A stretch of DNA of 56,023 bases from Dehalococcoidales bacterium. GTDB taxonomy: Bacteria; Chloroflexota; Dehalococcoidia; Dehalococcoidales; RBG-16-60-22. The notes beneath the pieces were generated by a model, which saw only the letters and a program-made list of their open reading frames with translations, did not search any database and was not told the DNA's origin. Positions within the stretch are counted from its first letter, which is position 1, and each line of letters opens with the position of its first letter. A program made the translations under genes and the position numbers. The stretch covers positions 1 through 56,023 of the forward strand of contig DAOUCO010000069.1 in the NCBI GenBank assembly GCA_034432135.1, given 5' to 3'. Below, piece by piece: positions 1 to 8,297 of the stretch.

Positions 1-888
1 GCCTAGTCCGGGCAACGGATTTATCTCCAGAAAATAGGGCGTTCCATCCCGACCGATACGGAAATCCACGCGGGAAAAATCGCGGCAACCCAACACCTTA
101 AAAGCCTTGAGGCTATATTGCTCCAGTTTTTCCAGAACCGGTGCGGGGAGCCGAACCGGCGACTCGTAATCGACCTGATTAACGTAATCGCGCTTAACTT
201 CGACGGAATAAACGAAATGCTTTGGTTTCTTTTTCGGCAGTATGCGCATCATACCCACCAATTGAGGAGGTGAGTTACCGATGATGCCGGCGGTGACCTC
301 ATCGCCCGCAATGAATTCTTCAACCATGACCGGCTGATGGTAGTCCCGAAAAATTCTCACTATCTCCTGTTCCGCCTGCAGTTTATTTTCCGCCAGCGAG
401 GTAAGACGGATGCCTTTGCTGGAGCCTTCATAAGACGGTTTGATAATAGCAGGAAAAGGGAAATTCCGCCAGTCTATATTTTTTAGGTCGGATGCGTCAG
501 CAACGATGAGCCAAGGTGGGGTGGTGATACCGGCGTCGGCAACAAGCTGTTTAGTCAGGGGTTTATCCAGGCAAACCGCAAGGCAGAGGGGGTCGGAACC
601 GGTATAGGGTATGTTGAGCATTTCTAAAACAGACGGGACCTGCGCTTCGCGGCTGCGGAAGCTACCTAAACCCTCGGAGATATTAAAAACGATTTCAACA
701 TTTGCGCGGCGGATATTGTCGAGGAACCGGGTGCCGCCGCCAAGTCTAATAACATGATGTCCCTTTTTTTCAAGAGCACAACTAATTATCTCGACCGTTT
801 CCGGTGAGTCATATTCTTCAAGAGCATCATCAACGGTTTGATGCCGCGCGATGCTTGTCTTAAGGTCGTACGCTAACCCGATCCGCAT
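1..888 (-). CDS. ATP-grasp ligase of the D-alanine--D-alanine ligase family (3' end cut by window edge)
   Basis: Own translation of the minus strand from the ATG (plus-strand cat at 886-888; RBS AAGGAAAGG upstream) gives MRIGLAYDLKTSIARHQ...FPAIIKPSYEGSSKGI...EEFIAGDEVTAGIIGN...RVDFRIGRDGTPYFLEINPLPGLG. The frame is open to position 1. It is absent from the ORF track because it has no stop in the window. It overlaps the kamA stop by 29 nt. Confidence 0.8.
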   Translation of the reverse strand, partial: MRIGLAYDLKTSIARHQTVDDALEEYDSPETVEIISCALEKKGHHVIRLGGGTRFLDNIRRANVEIVFNISEGLGSFRSREAQVPSVLEMLNIPYTGSDPLCLAVCLDKPLTKQLVADAGITTPPWLIVADASDLKNIDWRNFPFPAIIKPSYEGSSKGIRLTSLAENKLQAEQEIVRIFRDYHQPVMVEEFIAGDEVTAGIIGNSPPQLVGMMRILPKKKPKHFVYSVEVKRDYVNQVDYESPVRLPAPVLEKLEQYSLKAFKVLGCRDFSRVDFRIGRDGTPYFLEINPLPGLG

Positions 889-2257
889 CAGCCTTTCCTT
901 TGACTTTAAGAGGTAGGTCGGCGTCCGCGAGCAGACTTGGAACTACGCCACTGACCGGCGGTGCGGTAACGGCCTGGTTCTGTGAATTGGGATTACGATA
1001 ACGGAAGACCTTGCCTTCATAGTTTTTCAGGAGCAGTTCATTTTCAGTCATTTGAAGCACGTAGTTAGGCTGGAGAGGCACCTTACCCCCGCCATCGACA
1101 AGGTCGACGACGAAACTGGGTACAGCAAGACCGGAGGTATGCCCGCGCATACCTTCGATAATCTTTATACCAACGTCAACGGAGGTGCGAAGATGTTCCG
1201 TACCCTGCACTTCATCACACTGGAAGAGATAATACGGGCGTACTTTAATTTTCAATAAGCCCTGACAGAGTCTGGTCTGTATTGCCACGCTATCATTAAC
1301 GCCACGCAAGAGCACCGTCTGGTTATTTACCGGAACGCCAGCCCGTAAAAGACGGTCGCAGGCAATGGCGGCTTCCGGTGTTATCTCGTTGGGATGATTA
1401 AAGTGGGTATTGAGCCAGATAGGACCGTACTTAGAGAGCATGTGGCATAGTTCGGCATCGATACGCTGCGGCAAGACCACCGGGAACCGTGTGCCGATAC
1501 GGATAATTTCGATGTGTTTAATTGTTCTTAACCGGGCGATGATGGACTCCAGATGACTGGTGGAGAGAGTAAGCGGGTCGCCGCCGGAGAGGATGACGTC
1601 CCTTACTTCAGTGTGCCGGCGTAAGTAGTCGAACATGGCATCAACTTCAGCATCGGTGCGCGTCCAAGCGCCGTGCCGCCATTCTCTCTTACGGGTACAA
1701 TGGCGGCAGAGCATAGGACAGATATCCGTAAGCACTATAAGCACCCTATCAGGATAGCGGTGCACCAGGCCGGGAACAACGGAGTCTTCTTTTTCCGCGA
1801 GCGGGTCTTCCAATCCAATGGAGCTCATAGAGATTTCCTGGATGCAAGGAAGCGACTGTTTCCTGATGGGGTCGTCGGGGTCATCGGGGTTAATAAGCGA
1901 AAAATAGTAAGGGGTAATTGAGAGGGGATAGCGCTGAATTACTTCGGCAATCTGCGCCTGTTCCTCGGTTGACAGAGGTATCAGTTTGATAAGCTGATTT
2001 AAAGTGGTAATCCGGTTACGGAATTGCCATTTCCAATCTTTCCAGGAACTGTTGGAAACGTTCCAGAAAAATCGGTATCTTCCGGTGGCATTACTAAGGG
2101 GAGGCTCGTCCTCAATGCTTTTTACAATAATACTACTACTGGGAGGTTCTTCGGCTTCATTATTGGAACAAATAACGGTCGTGACTTTTGCAGGTGCGTG
2201 GCTAGTTTGACTTTTCGGAGCCACCGATGAAGTTTTCACTTTATTCTGTTTCAACAC
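860..2257 (-). CDS. kamA: KamA-family radical SAM aminomutase (lysine 2,3-aminomutase-like)
   Basis: 465-aa ORF with the radical SAM CxxxCxxC motif (CPMLCRHCTRK), a KamA-type WKWQFRNRI motif and SGGDPL. The N-terminal ~60-90 aa are a low-complexity extension, so the true start may be internal. Confidence 0.85.
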   Translation of the reverse strand: MLKQNKVKTSSVAPKSQTSHAPAKVTTVICSNNEAEEPPSSSIIVKSIEDEPPLSNATGRYRFFWNVSNSSWKDWKWQFRNRITTLNQLIKLIPLSTEEQAQIAEVIQRYPLSITPYYFSLINPDDPDDPIRKQSLPCIQEISMSSIGLEDPLAEKEDSVVPGLVHRYPDRVLIVLTDICPMLCRHCTRKREWRHGAWTRTDAEVDAMFDYLRRHTEVRDVILSGGDPLTLSTSHLESIIARLRTIKHIEIIRIGTRFPVVLPQRIDAELCHMLSKYGPIWLNTHFNHPNEITPEAAIACDRLLRAGVPVNNQTVLLRGVNDSVAIQTRLCQGLLKIKVRPYYLFQCDEVQGTEHLRTSVDVGIKIIEGMRGHTSGLAVPSFVVDLVDGGGKVPLQPNYVLQMTENELLLKNYEGKVFRYRNPNSQNQAVTAPPVSGVVPSLLADADLPLKVKGKADADRVSVRP

Positions 2258-2344
2258 TCCTTTTATTTAGAATATTTTCTTTATATTTGTTATGCTTAAT
2301 TCGTAAATATATTGTTTTAACTTGACATTCCTGATATAATATTA

Positions 2345-2360
2345 AGGAATAATAATTCCT
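2345..2360. promoter_or_regulatory. Perfect palindrome AGGAAT-aata-ATTCCT in the kamA/HTH divergent intergenic region; candidate operator
   Basis: 6-4-6 inverted repeat read directly. It lies just downstream of a TTGTTT-N17-TATAAT promoter-like pair (2312-2340). Confidence 0.3.
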
Positions 2361-2464
2361 AAATTTAATTATACAACATTGATAAAAATTGTCAATAGTA
2401 TTTTAGAGTAATTATAAAAAGATAAAAAAATATTTTAAAAATTTTTTGGCAAGGAGGTAAAAAT

Positions 2465-2797
2465 ATGCCGGGATGGAAATTCGTGACCAACCACGCCCTG
2501 GTGTTATGCCTCATTGCCAAGCAACCGCGGATTACCGCGCGGGAAATATCTGCAACCATCGGCATTACCGAAAAAGCGACGCGTAACATCATCAACGACC
2601 TGGAAGCCGACGACTACATCACGAAGAAAAGAGAAGGTCGGCGCATCCGCTATAGAATCGATCCGGACATGCCATTAAGGGCCGAAACACAACAGGATAA
2701 AGCTATCGGGGACCTGCTGGAGACTTTAGGATGGAAGCGACGCAAGAGCCAGGTGAAAAAAGAGGTGCCTGCTGGACAGGTCAGTCTTTTTAGTTAG
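2465..2797 (+). CDS. Small winged-helix HTH transcriptional regulator
   Basis: 110 aa with RBS AAGGAGG 7 nt upstream. The HTH-like core is ITAREISATIGITEKATRNIINDLEADDYI followed by a KKREGRRIRY wing. It is a paralogue of the ORF at 40663-40953. Confidence 0.7.
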   Translation: MPGWKFVTNHALVLCLIAKQPRITAREISATIGITEKATRNIINDLEADDYITKKREGRRIRYRIDPDMPLRAETQQDKAIGDLLETLGWKRRKSQVKKEVPAGQVSLFS

Positions 2798-2962
2798 GTA
2801 AAACTTAATCATACTTTTTTATCAAGAGCGTACCGCAACAGATATTCCGCTAATTTTAAGATATTTTGCAATAAATCATTTTTATTTTTTTTAAATTTCA
2901 CAGTACACTTCGATTTGTTATATAATGATACCTGCTAATCAAATAAAGTTCAGGAGGTAATC

Positions 2963-3727
2963 ATGGACCTGGGTTTAAAGGGTAAAGTGGCACTGGTAAC
3001 CGGCGCGGGCAGCCAGATAGGCTTCGGGAGGCAGATTGCCCTGCTACTGGCGAATGAAGGATGCGCTGCCGTAGCTGTGACGGACATCATCGATGATGTG
3101 AAACTGACAGCGGAGGAAATCAAGAAGACCGGCAAGAAATCAATCGCCGTTAAAGCCGATATCACAAAAAAAGACGATGTGCAGGCGATGGTCAAGCAGG
3201 TCATAAACGAATTTAAGAAAATCGATATTTTATGTAATGTAGCCGGAGGCATTGCCAGCCGCGTTCCATATGACCAAGCCACGCCGGAAGACTGGGACAA
3301 AGATATCCACCTAAATTTAATGAGTATCATGCTAACGTGCCAGGCGGTGCTCCCCTACATGAGGGAAAAGAAGGCTGGCGCAATCGTCAATATAGGCTCG
3401 GGTAGTACGCGCATGTACAGCCACGGCACGGGGAACTCTTACGCTATTGCCAAGGCAGGAGTCGATACCTTTACAAAACAGCTTGCTTTTAACGAAGCCA
3501 AGAACGGCATCCGCTGCAACTGCGTCGCGCCGGGTCCCGCCCCCACCAACTTTATTCCGGGACCGGATAAAAAAGGAATTATCGATATGCTGGCCAAAAC
3601 GATTCCCATGGGCAGGGGCGCTACCCAGATGGATATCGCCAACGCCACGGCATTCTTTGCGTCCGATATGTCCAGCTATATTACCGGCGCGATTCTGCAT
3701 GTTTCCGGCGGGTCAGTACTGGACTAA
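2963..3727 (+). CDS. SDR family oxidoreductase (FabG-like)
   Basis: TGAGSQIGFG Rossmann motif, NVAG, and catalytic YxxxK (YAIAK). RBS CAGGAGG. Confidence 0.85.
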   Translation: MDLGLKGKVALVTGAGSQIGFGRQIALLLANEGCAAVAVTDIIDDVKLTAEEIKKTGKKSIAVKADITKKDDVQAMVKQVINEFKKIDILCNVAGGIASRVPYDQATPEDWDKDIHLNLMSIMLTCQAVLPYMREKKAGAIVNIGSGSTRMYSHGTGNSYAIAKAGVDTFTKQLAFNEAKNGIRCNCVAPGPAPTNFIPGPDKKGIIDMLAKTIPMGRGATQMDIANATAFFASDMSSYITGAILHVSGGSVLD

Positions 3728-3762
3728 ACATACATTTTTCTCGTCATAATGAGGAGGGCAAA

Positions 3763-4560
3763 ATGGACCTGGGTTTTAAAGGTAAAGTTGCACTGGTAAC
3801 CGGCGCCGGGAGCCAGATAGGGTTCGGTAAAGCGATAGCGCTACTGCTGGCTAAAGAAGGCTGTGAAGCCGTAGCGGTAACCGATATAAATCTCGAAGAT
3901 GTAAAGAAAACCGCCGAAGACGTTAAAAAAACAGGCAGTAAATCTATCGCCGTCCAGGCAGATATTACGAAAAAAAATGAAGTCGACGCCATGGTCGAGA
4001 AGGTAATTGCCGCATATAGGAAAATCGATGTCCTTTGTAATGTAGCCGGGGCGATTCTGCATAAAGACTATGTTCCGCTAGATGAGCAGAAATATGAAAC
4101 CTGGTCGAAGCAAATGGACCTCAATCTTTTCGGCACGATGTACGTTACACGGGCGGTATTGCCTCATATGAGAAAGCAAAAGCACGGGGCTATCGTGAAT
4201 ATAGGTTCGGGCAGCACCCACCAGTATTCTTTCGGCGTGGGGGTTTACGCCATATCCAAGTACGCCATAGACCTGTTTACCAAACAGCTAGCCTACCAGG
4301 AAGGCAAGAACGGCATCCGCTGCAACTGTATCGCTCCCGGACCGGCACCGACTAATTTCGGGGCAGTCTTAAGGGAAGGGATGCCCCCGCCCCCGCCAGA
4401 GCAGTATAACAAGATGCGGGAAGAAATGTTGAAGGCTTTTCCCCTCGGCAGGATGGGAACACCCACGGACATCGCCAATATCACGGTCATCATGGCATCA
4501 GAGGCTACCAATTACATCACCGGGCAGGTAATTCACGTATCCGGCGGCAACGTGATGTAA
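3763..4560 (+). CDS. SDR family oxidoreductase, tandem paralogue of the preceding gene
   Basis: The N-terminal ~100 aa are nearly colinear with the upstream SDR (MDLGFKGKVALVTGAGSQIGFG...), with YAISK catalytic motif. It carries an extra PPPPPEQYNKMREE insertion. Confidence 0.85.
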   Translation: MDLGFKGKVALVTGAGSQIGFGKAIALLLAKEGCEAVAVTDINLEDVKKTAEDVKKTGSKSIAVQADITKKNEVDAMVEKVIAAYRKIDVLCNVAGAILHKDYVPLDEQKYETWSKQMDLNLFGTMYVTRAVLPHMRKQKHGAIVNIGSGSTHQYSFGVGVYAISKYAIDLFTKQLAYQEGKNGIRCNCIAPGPAPTNFGAVLREGMPPPPPEQYNKMREEMLKAFPLGRMGTPTDIANITVIMASEATNYITGQVIHVSGGNVM

Positions 4561-4627
4561 TGGTCATATGAGGATTAAAGATAGTTAAAAGTTGGTACTT
4601 TTTTCTTGATAAACAGGCTGTTCTATA

Positions 4628-4659
4628 TTGACTTTTAACCTGTTGAATGCTAGTATAAA
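4628..4659 (+). promoter_or_regulatory. Sigma-70-like promoter (TTGACT-N17-TAGTAT/TATAAA) for an orphan transcript
   Basis: Hexamers and spacing read directly from the sequence. Confidence 0.5.
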
Positions 4660-4662
4660 AAT

Positions 4663-4920
4663 AGAAGTTCACGACACAACCTGAATAATGCTTCGGGAGG
4701 TGCTTTATGCGACTTCACGAGCTATTCGGAGTATGGCAGGTGGACTGTTGGGGCCCTACCACGTAGTGGGGCAAACGGAAAACGGACACGACTCGTAAAT
4801 TAGCCGGGGCCAGATCTGTAAAACAGACGCCCGGTACGGTAAATTACCGAAAGTGAGTTTAGTCCGTAACTTGTGAGACTTGTCGGTGGGGGTCGCGAAA
4901 GCGGCTCCCACCATTTTTTT
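4663..4920 (+). ncRNA. Candidate orphan structured RNA (~255 nt), or a transcript for a 19-aa ORF; class unassigned
   Basis: It sits between the promoter and a strong intrinsic terminator, and the next gene is on the opposite strand. Several local hairpins are present (CCCTAC/GTGGGG, CCGGG..CCCGG, CGGTA-aat-TACCG). It contains an RBS-preceded mini-ORF, MRLHELFGVWQVDCWGPTT (4707-4766). Confidence 0.35.
4885..4920 (+). terminator. Rho-independent terminator
   Basis: GGTGGGGGTCGC-GAAA-GCGGCTCCCACC hairpin followed by T7. Confidence 0.75.
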
Positions 4921-4936
4921 AAGCAGGAGTAATTGA

Positions 4937-5224
4937 TTAATTGCTATTAGGGTCGGTCAGGCCGGTCTTTTGCATAAGTGAGTGATAGAAAGCGGCGATA
5001 TCCGGGTCGTGGATTTCGCTTTCGGCCTGAATGAAAGGGGCGGTTAAAGCTTCGCGGTATATTTTCTGAATATCCGGGATCAAACCAGTCAGGCTTTGGG
5101 TAACGTTTTCAGACTCAGCAGCGAGAGGGGTTTCTTCAGCGAAGGCGGGCAACACCGGCTTGATGCCGTAGAGCAGCATAAAGCAGATAACAGTACCGCA
5201 GATGAAGCTAATTAGTATTTTCAT
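4937..5224 (-). CDS. Small hypothetical protein with N-terminal signal/anchor helix
   Basis: 95-aa ORF with a hydrophobic N-terminus, MKILISFICGTVICFMLLYG. No recognisable domain. Confidence 0.5.
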   Translation of the reverse strand: MKILISFICGTVICFMLLYGIKPVLPAFAEETPLAAESENVTQSLTGLIPDIQKIYREALTAPFIQAESEIHDPDIAAFYHSLMQKTGLTDPNSN

Positions 5225-5393
5225 TTTGTACCCCAGCTACTGCGAGCAATGGAGGATTACATTTTTATTCTGACACAGGAATATAAAAGGAGATGTAAAG
5301 ACTATAAAGAATGTATAAAGGTGGGGTTAATTTTATATAAAGAAAAACTCACAAAATTGTGATGTTTATGATAAAATGCCAATAGGAGGCAGT

Positions 5394-6047
5394 ATGATGA
5401 AAAACGTCCGGATTTTACCGGCTATCCTTACTGATGACCCCACCATGTTAGAAAAAATGGTCCGCCAGGCGGAGTCCTTTACAGATATGGTTCAATTCGA
5501 CATCATGGATGGGCAGTTCGTACCTTCAAAGAGCGTTTCCTGCGAAGATATCGCTAAATTGAAAACGGAATTGTACTGGGAGGCGCACCTCATGGTGATA
5601 AATCCGGAAGACTGCCTGGAAGGTTTTAAACGCGCCGGAGCGCGGAAAATCGTTTTTCACTATGAAGCCACACCCGCGCCGGAGAAAATAATCCACTCTA
5701 TAAGAAAGCTCAATATGCAGGCAGGGTTGGCGATAAATCCAGAGACCTCTATCAGCGCCGTCAGACCATTAGTCAACAAGGTGGACAGCTTGCTTTTTCT
5801 TTCCGTCAATCCGGGTTTTTACGGTGCTAAATTCATCCCCGAGGTGCTGGATAAAATAGTCGAGTTCTGTAAAATATATCCCAATAAAGAAATAGGCATC
5901 GATGGGGGAATTAAGGAAAGCAACATCGCGCAAATAGCCCGAAGCGGCGTCGAAGTTATTTGCGTGGGCAGCGCTATTTTTATGCAATCTGACCCGGGGG
6001 CCAGCTACCGGCGTTTAGCAGAGCTGGCAACAGCCGCGGTTGTGTGA
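5394..6047 (+). CDS. rpe: Ribulose-phosphate 3-epimerase
   Basis: FDIMDGQFVP motif, MVINP, GIDGGI. AGGAGG RBS at 5384-5389 favours the ATG at 5394/5397 over the track start at 5376. Confidence 0.85.
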   Translation: MMKNVRILPAILTDDPTMLEKMVRQAESFTDMVQFDIMDGQFVPSKSVSCEDIAKLKTELYWEAHLMVINPEDCLEGFKRAGARKIVFHYEATPAPEKIIHSIRKLNMQAGLAINPETSISAVRPLVNKVDSLLFLSVNPGFYGAKFIPEVLDKIVEFCKIYPNKEIGIDGGIKESNIAQIARSGVEVICVGSAIFMQSDPGASYRRLAELATAAVV

Positions 6048-6083
6048 CACGAGAAACTGAACCTTTGAAGCGGCAATCTTAAA

Positions 6084-6407
6084 TTATTGCTGCGCTGACT
6101 TTTCTTCAGAGCCCCAGTTAAGCATAATTTGTTTTAATTTCTGGGCAAGACCGGGACTGGAGCGCAGTCTTTGAATAAAGACGGGGCAGCCTTCCAGCAG
6201 AGAATTTTGCGCCGCGGTAGCCATGCTTGACAACAGGTTCTGGGTTACGGGGTCGATTTCCTGCGGGACACTGGCACCGGGCGCCGCCTGTTCAAGCTGG
6301 CGCCGAATATCTTCGGTAGTGAACTTCATTGGAACAACGCAGGCTTTATACCAGGGACATTCCTTGCACTGGACTATCCCGTAAGCTTCATTGATAATAT
6401 CATCCAT
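6084..6407 (-). CDS. Hypothetical Cys-containing protein
   Basis: ORF with CKECPWYKAC. The internal ATG (MDDIINEAYG) has a GAGGA RBS. The track start at 6443 lies in a TATAAT-like element. Confidence 0.5.
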   Translation of the reverse strand: MDDIINEAYGIVQCKECPWYKACVVPMKFTTEDIRRQLEQAAPGASVPQEIDPVTQNLLSSMATAAQNSLLEGCPVFIQRLRSSPGLAQKLKQIMLNWGSEEKSAQQ

Positions 6408-6777
6408 AAATCGTCCTCTGTTGTTATTATAACATTTTACCACTTTATACTCACCCCCTTAACCCCCTCTCAAACATTTTCGCCTTGCAGGGCTATATTT
6501 TTTATATTTCAAAGGAGGATGGGTAAGGAGAGGGGGGCTTCGCCCCCTCTCGCAGAATGTCCCCCTAACGCTTAAATAGTCGCTGGTAATCCGCTAATTA
6601 TGACAAGGCGGAGACGAGAAAAGAGAAGGATGGAATCCTCCCTAAGCTACGTCCCCCTATGGACAAAATTGATATTACACCTTATAATCCAGATGTATGC
6701 CTCCAATCCAGTAATTACCAGGTGCAGCCGAGGGCACCTTAAATTGAGCTTCACTCTACCATAGTGAGGAGGAAAAA

Positions 6778-7062
6778 ATGTCGCTTTATATTATGATGAG
6801 CACCCTGACCGACGAAGGCCGAAAAACGGTAAAAACCAACCCTTACAGAATTAAAGAGGTCAACAAAGAAGTCGAAGCAATGGGAGTGAAAATTCTCGCC
6901 CAGTACGTTACCCTAGGGCAGTATGACTTTATCAACGTCCTGGAAGCGCCTAACAACGAGGTCATCGCTAAAGTAGCCATCGAGCTGGGGTCGCGCGGGA
7001 CGCTCCAGACCAGCACCCTCTCCGCCCTAACGCTGGACGATTTTATAAGAGCACTTAAATAA
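6778..7062 (+). CDS. GYD domain protein
   Basis: 94 aa with the LGQYDF (GxYD) core typical of the GYD family. RBS GAGGAGG. Confidence 0.7.
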   Translation: MSLYIMMSTLTDEGRKTVKTNPYRIKEVNKEVEAMGVKILAQYVTLGQYDFINVLEAPNNEVIAKVAIELGSRGTLQTSTLSALTLDDFIRALK

Positions 7063-7138
7063 TACTGATATTTAATAATGCAACGGTGCCCTTCGGCTGC
7101 CTGACTGCCCGATTCAGCGTAATAACTGGAGGACAATC

Positions 7139-8287
7139 ATCAGACCTCTTAGCTTTAGCCAGATTTCACTTTACCAGCAATGTCCATGGTGCTATAAGCT
7201 GCAATATATCGACGGACTAAAGGGCAAAGAGAAATGGTATTTCAGCTTTGGCACACACATGCATTCATGTGTGGAACGGTTCTTTAAAGTACGCACGCCA
7301 CCGCCTCCTTCACTTGAAGAAATGATGCAATTCTACGAGGAAAACTGGCTCTCGCAAGGATACGAATCGCCGGAAGAGGAGGCTAGATACAAGGACTATA
7401 GTAAGGACATTTTAAAGCGCTTCTGGGAAATTCACACAACCGATTTCCACCTGCCGATAGCGCTGGAACGCAGCTTTAACCTGGATATCGAGGGGATAAA
7501 GTTGAGGGGATTTATCGACCGGGTGGATAAACTGGAGAGCGGTGGGCTTTCCATCATCGACTACAAGACGAACCAGGAACTCTTCACCAAAGAATATCTG
7601 GAAAACGACCTCCAACTCACGATTTACCAGATGGCGGCCGAGCAGACCTGGGACCTGCCGGTGGAAAGGCTAACACTCTATCATCTAAGGTCGAATACGG
7701 CGTGCACCTGCCCACCGCGGGATAAAGACCGAATCGACCAGACCAAACAACTGGTCCTGGACGTGGCAGAAAAAATCAATAAAGGTGTATTCCCAGCTAC
7801 GGAAAGTGAATATTGTCCCTGCGATTTCCCGGAATATTGTCCGTACTACCGCCACCAGCACATCAAAGCAGAAATAAAGCCGGACCGACAGGAACTCCTG
7901 CCCGGCATCGTCGCGGCAGAAGCCGTCGAGCGATATGCCGAATTGCAGGCACAAATGAAAGAACTGGAAGCCCAGCTTGAAGAAACAAGGCAAACAATTA
8001 TCGATTACTGCCAGGCGGCAGGGCTGAACCGCGTCTTCGGGAGCGAGCATGAAATCACGTATAAACTCATAGAAAAAACAGGATTTAAAGAAGATGAGAT
8101 TAAAGCCATTTTAGAGCCGGAAGGGCTGTGGGAAAAGGTGCTGGGATTCGACCAGTCACTTTTAAAGAAGCTCATGGCCGACAAGGGAATCTCCACCGAT
8201 ATCAGGAAAAAATTAGAGTCGCTGAAAAGGATAGTATCAACATATCCCCAGCTATGGTTGCGTAAAAGCGGCGGCGAAGAAGAATGA
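7139..8287 (+). CDS. PD-(D/E)XK (Cas4/RecB-like) nuclease with C-terminal coiled-coil extension; probable non-canonical start
   Basis: Motifs GFIDRVD...IIDYKT (D..DxK), QLTIYQ (QxxxY) and a C-terminal Cys cluster CPCDFPEYC. The frame is open from 7079 and encodes the expected N-terminal Cys motif SFSQISLYQQCPWCYKLQY upstream of the first ATG (7259). GGAGG at 7128-7132 precedes an in-frame ATC at 7139. Confidence 0.65.
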   Translation: MRPLSFSQISLYQQCPWCYKLQYIDGLKGKEKWYFSFGTHMHSCVERFFKVRTPPPPSLEEMMQFYEENWLSQGYESPEEEARYKDYSKDILKRFWEIHTTDFHLPIALERSFNLDIEGIKLRGFIDRVDKLESGGLSIIDYKTNQELFTKEYLENDLQLTIYQMAAEQTWDLPVERLTLYHLRSNTACTCPPRDKDRIDQTKQLVLDVAEKINKGVFPATESEYCPCDFPEYCPYYRHQHIKAEIKPDRQELLPGIVAAEAVERYAELQAQMKELEAQLEETRQTIIDYCQAAGLNRVFGSEHEITYKLIEKTGFKEDEIKAILEPEGLWEKVLGFDQSLLKKLMADKGISTDIRKKLESLKRIVSTYPQLWLRKSGGEEE

Positions 8288-8297
8288 GGAGAAAATC

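Noticed and set aside
2392-2595. 67-aa minus-strand ORF overlapping the HTH gene start and the AT-rich intergenic region
   Set aside because: It is antisense to a better-supported gene with an RBS. Its N-terminal part is an AT-rich promoter region.
4663-4920. Assignment of the orphan RNA to tmRNA, 6S, SRP RNA or RNase P RNA
   Set aside because: There is no tRNA-like 5'/3' ends or …ALAA-type tag frame (tmRNA). There is no GGAA/AGCA domain IV motif (SRP). It is too short and lacks the GAGGAAAGUCC core (RNase P). The 5' and 3' ends pair only weakly, so a 6S-type closing helix is not supported. It is left unclassified.
6444-6777. The long (330 nt) leader upstream of the GYD gene as a possible riboswitch
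   Set aside because: It contains hairpins (for example GGTGC…GCACC at about 6720-6740) and repeat units. I could not match any riboswitch consensus, and the structure is better explained by dispersed palindromic repeats.
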